Assembly (NCBI GenBank): GCA_965204725.1
Contig: OZ242005.1
Coordinates: 3,808,001-3,872,000 of the forward strand
Direction of reading: 5' to 3'
Length of the DNA: 64,000 nt
From: Candidatus Latescibacterota bacterium
GTDB lineage: Bacteria; Latescibacterota; UBA2968; UBA8231
Shown here: one piece after another, positions 59,423-64,000 of the stretch
How the letters are laid out: each line of letters begins with the position of its first letter
How positions within the stretch are numbered: the stretch's first letter is position 1
Position numbers and translations under genes: made by a program
The notes under the pieces: model-generated
Database searches by the model: none
Told to the model about the DNA's origin: nothing
The model's input: only the letters and a program-made list of their open reading frames with translations

Positions 59423-59487
59423 TTTGCCAAAGAACCTCTCAGCGGCACGATAATTATGTAGGATTGTTTGGCACGGCATATACACCG

Positions 59488-60162
59488 CTACCGTGTGATC
59501 TTCGGACCGATGTACACGACATAAAGTGGATCGGCTGCCGTTACAGGCCACGAAAAATGAATGCGGAGAGGAGGGTGGTAATTAACCTTTCCGTGCCAAG
59601 GGCAGAACAGGTCTTTTCCCGGAATATCTGGATGTGGAAACGTCATCTCGGTTTTGAACTTGCTCCGTTCAGTGGGTGATGAAGGAGAAAACCACGCTCG
59701 CTTCCCAGTAAAGTGTTTTTGGTAGAGCTTGTGTCCCTCGGCGGTGCGGTTCCCTGCTGAGTCAAAGCACGTCTTGAGTTGATCTAGTGCCTCAAGGCGG
59801 CTGAGCACGTCTTGGGCAGCCTTAGAGACGAAAGGATACCCTTGGAGCGGGCCAAAGCAATCTGAAGAAAACGTCAACTGCGTACAGCGAGCCTTCGACA
59901 CGTCTGCCAGCATCTCCCACGACGTAATTTGAGGGGATGCCGCACGTAACGCGGCTTCCACCACACGGGCGTCCCGATAGTTGACGACCTCAATCCTTTC
60001 TGCTTCTTCATCGCTCTTTCGCCACTCGGCTGCCACCGGGGAGAAGTCCCACGAAGACGGAATCAGGCTCACGAGACAGGTGCCGATTCCATTCAAACAG
60101 CGATAGGCCGCTTCTCCGATAGCGGTATCGGTAACAACTTTTCCGTTACATTCAAAGTATTC
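59488..60162 (-). pseudogene. C-terminal fragment of a hypothetical protein truncated by IS5
   Basis: Frame stays open up to the IS end (FEYFECNG...AAYRCLNGIG); C-terminus WHGKV...RIHF..VVYIGPKIT. Confidence 0.6.
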
Positions 60163-61006
60163 GAAGCTATCTCATAAATAGTCTGGCCGTGCAAAGTTAG
60201 TGGTATTCCCTTTCGGAGGTATCTCTTATGGATCTTACAGACGAACAGTGGTCGATAGCGTCCCCGCTGCTGCCGGCGTGTCCCAAACGCCGCGATGGTC
60301 GGGGTCGTCCTTGGCGTTGTAACCGGGCGGTGCTCAATGGTATTCTGTGGATTCTCCGCACCGGGGCCCCTGGGCATGACCTGCCTGCTCGCTATCCGTC
60401 CTACCAGACCTGCCATCGTCGATTCCAACAGTGGTCGTCTGATGGCACCTTTGAACATATTCTGCGCACCCTCGCGCACGACTTACATGAGCGGGGGGGC
60501 CTCGATCTGAGCGAATGCTTCATCGACGGCCTGTTTGTCGCGGCGAAAAAAGGGGGGACCAAGTGGGTCCGACCAAGCGGGGCAAAGGTACGAAGCTCAT
60601 GGCAGTGGCAGACCGCGCTGGTCTTCCTATCGCCGTACTCATCCAAAGTGCTTCGCCCCACGAAGTCACCCTCGTAGAAGCCACCTTGGAAAACCGATGG
60701 GTCCAGCCCCGACCACAACGACTCATCGGGGACCGAGCCTACGACTCGGATCGATTGGATGCGAGCCTGGCCAACCAAGGCATTGAGATGATCGCCCCGC
60801 ATCGCCGCAATCGCACGCAGGCCAAAACCCAGGACGGGCGGCGCTTGCGGGGCTACAAAAGACGCTGGAAAGTAGAAAGACTGTTTGCTTGGTTGCAGAA
60901 CTTTCGCCGAATCGGGGTTCGATACGAATACTATGCCGAAAACTACCTCGGCTTTGTACAACTCGGATGCATCCTCATATTGCTACGGTATTTATGAGAT
61001 AGCTTC
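60163..61006 (+). mobile_element. IS5-family element (IS427-like, two ORFs joined by -1 frameshift)
   Basis: Perfect 18-bp IRs GAAGCTATCTCATAAATA / TATTTATGAGATAGCTTC; slippery A6G6 run near 60546. Confidence 0.9.
60228..60997 (+). CDS. IS5 transposase (OrfA 60228-60677 plus OrfB to 60997 via frameshift)
   Basis: [19 protein letters not shown]; [24 protein letters not shown]. Confidence 0.88.
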
Positions 61007-61889
61007 TCGTCACTTCATAGCCATCCTCAACTCGAGATTCGTCAACTACGTTTTGATCCGGATATTTCCTGATATGCCAATCTATCAATTTATTCGTTTT
61101 TTTTCGATAGACTAAAACATATTCTGTTACAGGTACGGCCTTGTACTGCAACGGATTTCTATCAGCCGCAAATCTTCTGCCTCGTCCCGTTGCCCAGCCA
61201 GCCCCTTCCGGTTTTACCCATATTATGTCATCAATAAACTCAAATCCTTCTTCAATAAAAATTCTATGAAAATCAAAAGGAACAGCTATTCTTTTAGAAG
61301 ACTCACTCCGGCTTGCACGGCGAATAAGCACTGGTGATATATTTATGACAAAAAACCTACCTTCGTTTAGAACCCTATGGCATTGGTGTATTATTTTTTT
61401 CATTTTGAGCAAGTATTCATCGTATTGAATATAATCAGAATACTCGGGTCGAGCATTATAGTAGGGTAGAGAAGTAAAGACAAGATCTATAGATTCAGAA
61501 GGTGTCTGCAAAAGCAACTCCTCACTATCTCCCCAACCAACCGTATTTCTCAATTTTGAAACTCTGGGTACTTCTGTTTTTTTCCGCTTCTTGGTTGTAC
61601 CATTTGCACGGCCGAGTAGCCTCGCCTCTAAGATCTCCTTTTGCGTCGTCTTCTTTTCTTGTATTAAGCTCGTATAAGCATCAATCACAATTTCGCCAAC
61701 CTTATGGCCCCCTTTACCTTTCAAGGGCACCCGCCAGATATGATAGCGATCATCTACTTCTGGAAGTCCAAACTGAATCGCATTTTCGAGATCAATATCT
61801 TTTAGATAATTCACAGAAACTCTCTTCGCATCCTCGACATTTTTTACGCGATACTTTCGTCTATCATAGACTGTTGATTTCTGTAGCAT
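61007..61889 (-). pseudogene. N4/N6 DNA methyltransferase (beta class), C-terminus removed by IS
   Basis: IDLVFTSLPYY (SPPY variant), DIIWVKP; lacks the HP..P and FxGxG region; AT-rich; N-terminal PepSY-like extension. Confidence 0.8.
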
Positions 61890-62122
61890 AATACCTCCAA
61901 TAAATCTAGATACTGACCCTGAACAGAGCCAACGGCGTGTTTGATCGCGGGACCCTATATATGGACCGATCTCCGCCGGCCTGAGACAATTAGGAATATA
62001 TTCGCAGAGGTATGAAAGTCAATCTCGGATCGGCGAGATGGTAGAAGTCTAGGGAATGTCTCTGTGCGGAGCGATCTGACATGGGCTAGCGCGATTAACA
62101 GTCTAAGACGAAGCGCGCTGGC

Positions 62123-62994
62123 CTACCGGCGATACTGGTCGAGCGGCCCTCGCCTCGGATCGAAGGTCGTAGCGTGGTTCCACGAAGCGTCGTGCTTGTA
62201 CATCACGTCCCGGATTAGGCGACGGCGGTAGAGGCTGTCGAGGTTGGCGGCGGCCATTTTATCGGGGTCGAAGCGGTCTAAAATCAGCCCGCGCAAGTGC
62301 GTCTCAACTGCGGTGTGCTCGGCTGCACCGGCGAGGTTGTTCCACTCGCCGGGATCGTTCTCCAAGTCAAAAAGCTGTGGCTGGTGGCCGTGGATATAAT
62401 TGTATTTGAACCGGCCCTCGCGGACCATGATGCAGGGGGCACCCACGGCCTCGTGAGCTTGGGCGAAGATGTGGCGTTCAGCTTGCTGGCCCTCAATGAT
62501 TGGCAGGAGGCTGGTGCCATCGTGGGGCAAGCTCGCCTCGGCACCGGCTAATTCGCAAAAGGTCGGCAGCAGGTCGAGGAGTGAGGTCGGCGTTCCGACA
62601 GCGGTGCCGGCCTGCCATTGGTCGGGGAAGCGGACGAGGAGGGGGACTCGGCAGGACCACTCGTAAAAACAGCGCTTCTGCACCATCTCCTTTTCGCACA
62701 ACATATCGCCGTGATCGGAGGTAAAGACCACAACCGTATTGTCGAGGAGGCCCATTTGCTCCAAGGTCGTCAGCAGACAACCGACCTTGTCGTCGAGGTA
62801 CGTCACCAAGCCGTAGTACGCACGGCGCAGGCGGCGCAGGCTCTCGGGCTCGCGCAAGTTGAAGCAAAGCGGACGCCTTCGGCCGCGAGGCGCTTCAAGT
62901 GCGGCGTCTGGACGACCGGGTGGCCGTAGGCACCGGTCAGAGCGGCGATGAGTTGATCGGACATTACGAAGAGGATGTTGGGGCGGTCGGGCAT
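62123..62994 (-). pseudogene. Sulfatase (choline-sulfatase-like) with internal deletion and frameshift
   Basis: N-terminal RPNILFVMSDQ...TPHLKRLA.EGVRF joins in another frame to AYYGLVTYLDDKVG...FTSDHGDM...LFDLENDPGE; CxPxR region missing. Confidence 0.85.
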
Positions 62995-63032
62995 GGCTTA
63001 GCTCCAGCGATAGGCGGATTGCATGTAAATTT

Positions 63033-64000
63033 TTACGGCCTAAGCAGGCCCTGCAGATAGGCGACCGAGGCTTCGAGTTGGGCCATTTCATACTCTACTC
63101 GGGCCTCGGGGGATTCACCGCGCTCGTGCGGCGTTTGCCAGTCCTCGGGGTCACCAGCCGCCTGATGCAGGGTGCGGATGGCACGTATGGCCTCTGGGAG
63201 CGGTCTGTGGGGAAAGGCCGCCCACCAGTCCTCTTCCAAAAGGCGAATGTGGCGGGCGACACTCGCGCCAAGTTCAATGCAGCCCTCGACATGCGGCACC
63301 TCGCGGTCGAATAGCGCGATGATCTCCGGCCAATCAACGACCCCGTCGCCGATGGCACAGCGCTTGAGGCGATAGCCCGAGGGCGTGGGGTGGACCGCGT
63401 AGTCCTTGATGTGGACGTGTTTGAGGATGGGCAAGATGCGCTTGGCAAAGGATAGGGGATGCTCGCCGACGGCAAGGGCATTGCCTACATCCAAGGTGAC
63501 GCCCAACTGCGGGCTGCCGACTTTTTCGCACAGCGACAGCAATTCCCACGAGCACAGATCTTGGTGGTTTTCAATACCCACCGGAATACCGTATTCCTCG
63601 GCGAGTGGCATGACTTCTTTGAAGGGCTGTACCAAGGCTTCGATGTAAGCCCGCATCCCCTCGGCACCATACTCGGTGCGGTTGCCTTCGAGGAGGCGGC
63701 TGACCGTGGTGCGCACAGCGCGGGCACCGGTTTGGTGCGCGGTCTCAATGGCTTGGCGCAGCGGCGCGATGTCTGCGGCGTAGTTGTCGCCGCCCGTGTC
63801 CAAAAACAGATTGAGACCAGCGCGCGTCTCGGCAAAAACCGCCCGCTCCTCGGGCGAGCAGTCGCCCAGCCATTGGGCTGCGAATTCGACGCTGCGGAGG
63901 CCCTGGTCCTTAGCCAAGCGCGTCAGGCCCTCGGGAGTGTGGGGATCCATGGCGCGACCGGCTTGGCGGTGGACGCCGGTAAAGCTCCAAGCGCAGAGGC
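63033..64000 (-). CDS. Sugar phosphate isomerase/epimerase (xylose-isomerase-like TIM barrel), start beyond window end
   Basis: GIENHQD, LDVGN, HVHIKD, GDGVVDW; frame open to the window edge. Confidence 0.85.
   Translation of the reverse strand, partial: LCAWSFTGVHRQAGRAMDPHTPEGLTRLAKDQGLRSVEFAAQWLGDCSPEERAVFAETRAGLNLFLDTGGDNYAADIAPLRQAIETAHQTGARAVRTTVSRLLEGNRTEYGAEGMRAYIEALVQPFKEVMPLAEEYGIPVGIENHQDLCSWELLSLCEKVGSPQLGVTLDVGNALAVGEHPLSFAKRILPILKHVHIKDYAVHPTPSGYRLKRCAIGDGVVDWPEIIALFDREVPHVEGCIELGASVARHIRLLEEDWWAAFPHRPLPEAIRAIRTLHQAAGDPEDWQTPHERGESPEARVEYEMAQLEASVAYLQGLLRP

Noticed and set aside
62803-62870. 'TCASPRA' as the sulfatase CxPxR motif
   Set aside because: Wrong spacing; it arises from out-of-frame reading past the deletion junction

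Overview
High-GC bacterial chromosomal window. The C-terminal 'TWGKIK' and FlgD/PNPFN-type tails plus LRR and ankyrin proteins suggest an FCB-group, Latescibacterota/Poribacteria-like, possibly host-associated organism (inference). 1-16.4 kb is housekeeping: rhaB (partial), purC, a GT2, secA, nusB, ribD-ribE-ribBA-ribH, an S55 peptidase/beta-propeller pair and a Gfo/Idh/MocA oxidoreductase. An IS982-like element and a PQQ dehydrogenase-ankyrin fusion follow. The main highlight is a lower-GC, translationally coupled seven-gene operon at 20.6-28.8 kb (minus strand): cysteine desulfurase (DndA/IscS), DndC, DUF262-DUF1524 (SspE/GmrSD-like), stand-alone SNF2 ATPase, ParB with an RHH-like tail, ParB-like HTH protein and an MBL/beta-CASP nuclease. 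It lacks dndB/D/E, dndFGH, sspBC, pbe and tdpAB, so it is a candidate new DNA-phosphorothioation defence architecture. A second highlight is a decayed HK97-type phage/satellite remnant (39.3-44.5 kb) carrying an LRR lipoprotein. Upstream of the LRR gene is a ~200-bp non-coding cassette: inverted tyrosine-recombinase-like sites enclosing two type I-G-like CRISPR half-repeats, whose spacer partly matches the adjacent upstream region. The rest comprises a six-gene secreted/surface protein cluster, two IS5-family insertions (one splitting an SGNH hydrolase, one truncating a DNA methyltransferase islet) and a deleted sulfatase. No rRNA, tRNA, cas genes or integrase were recognised.
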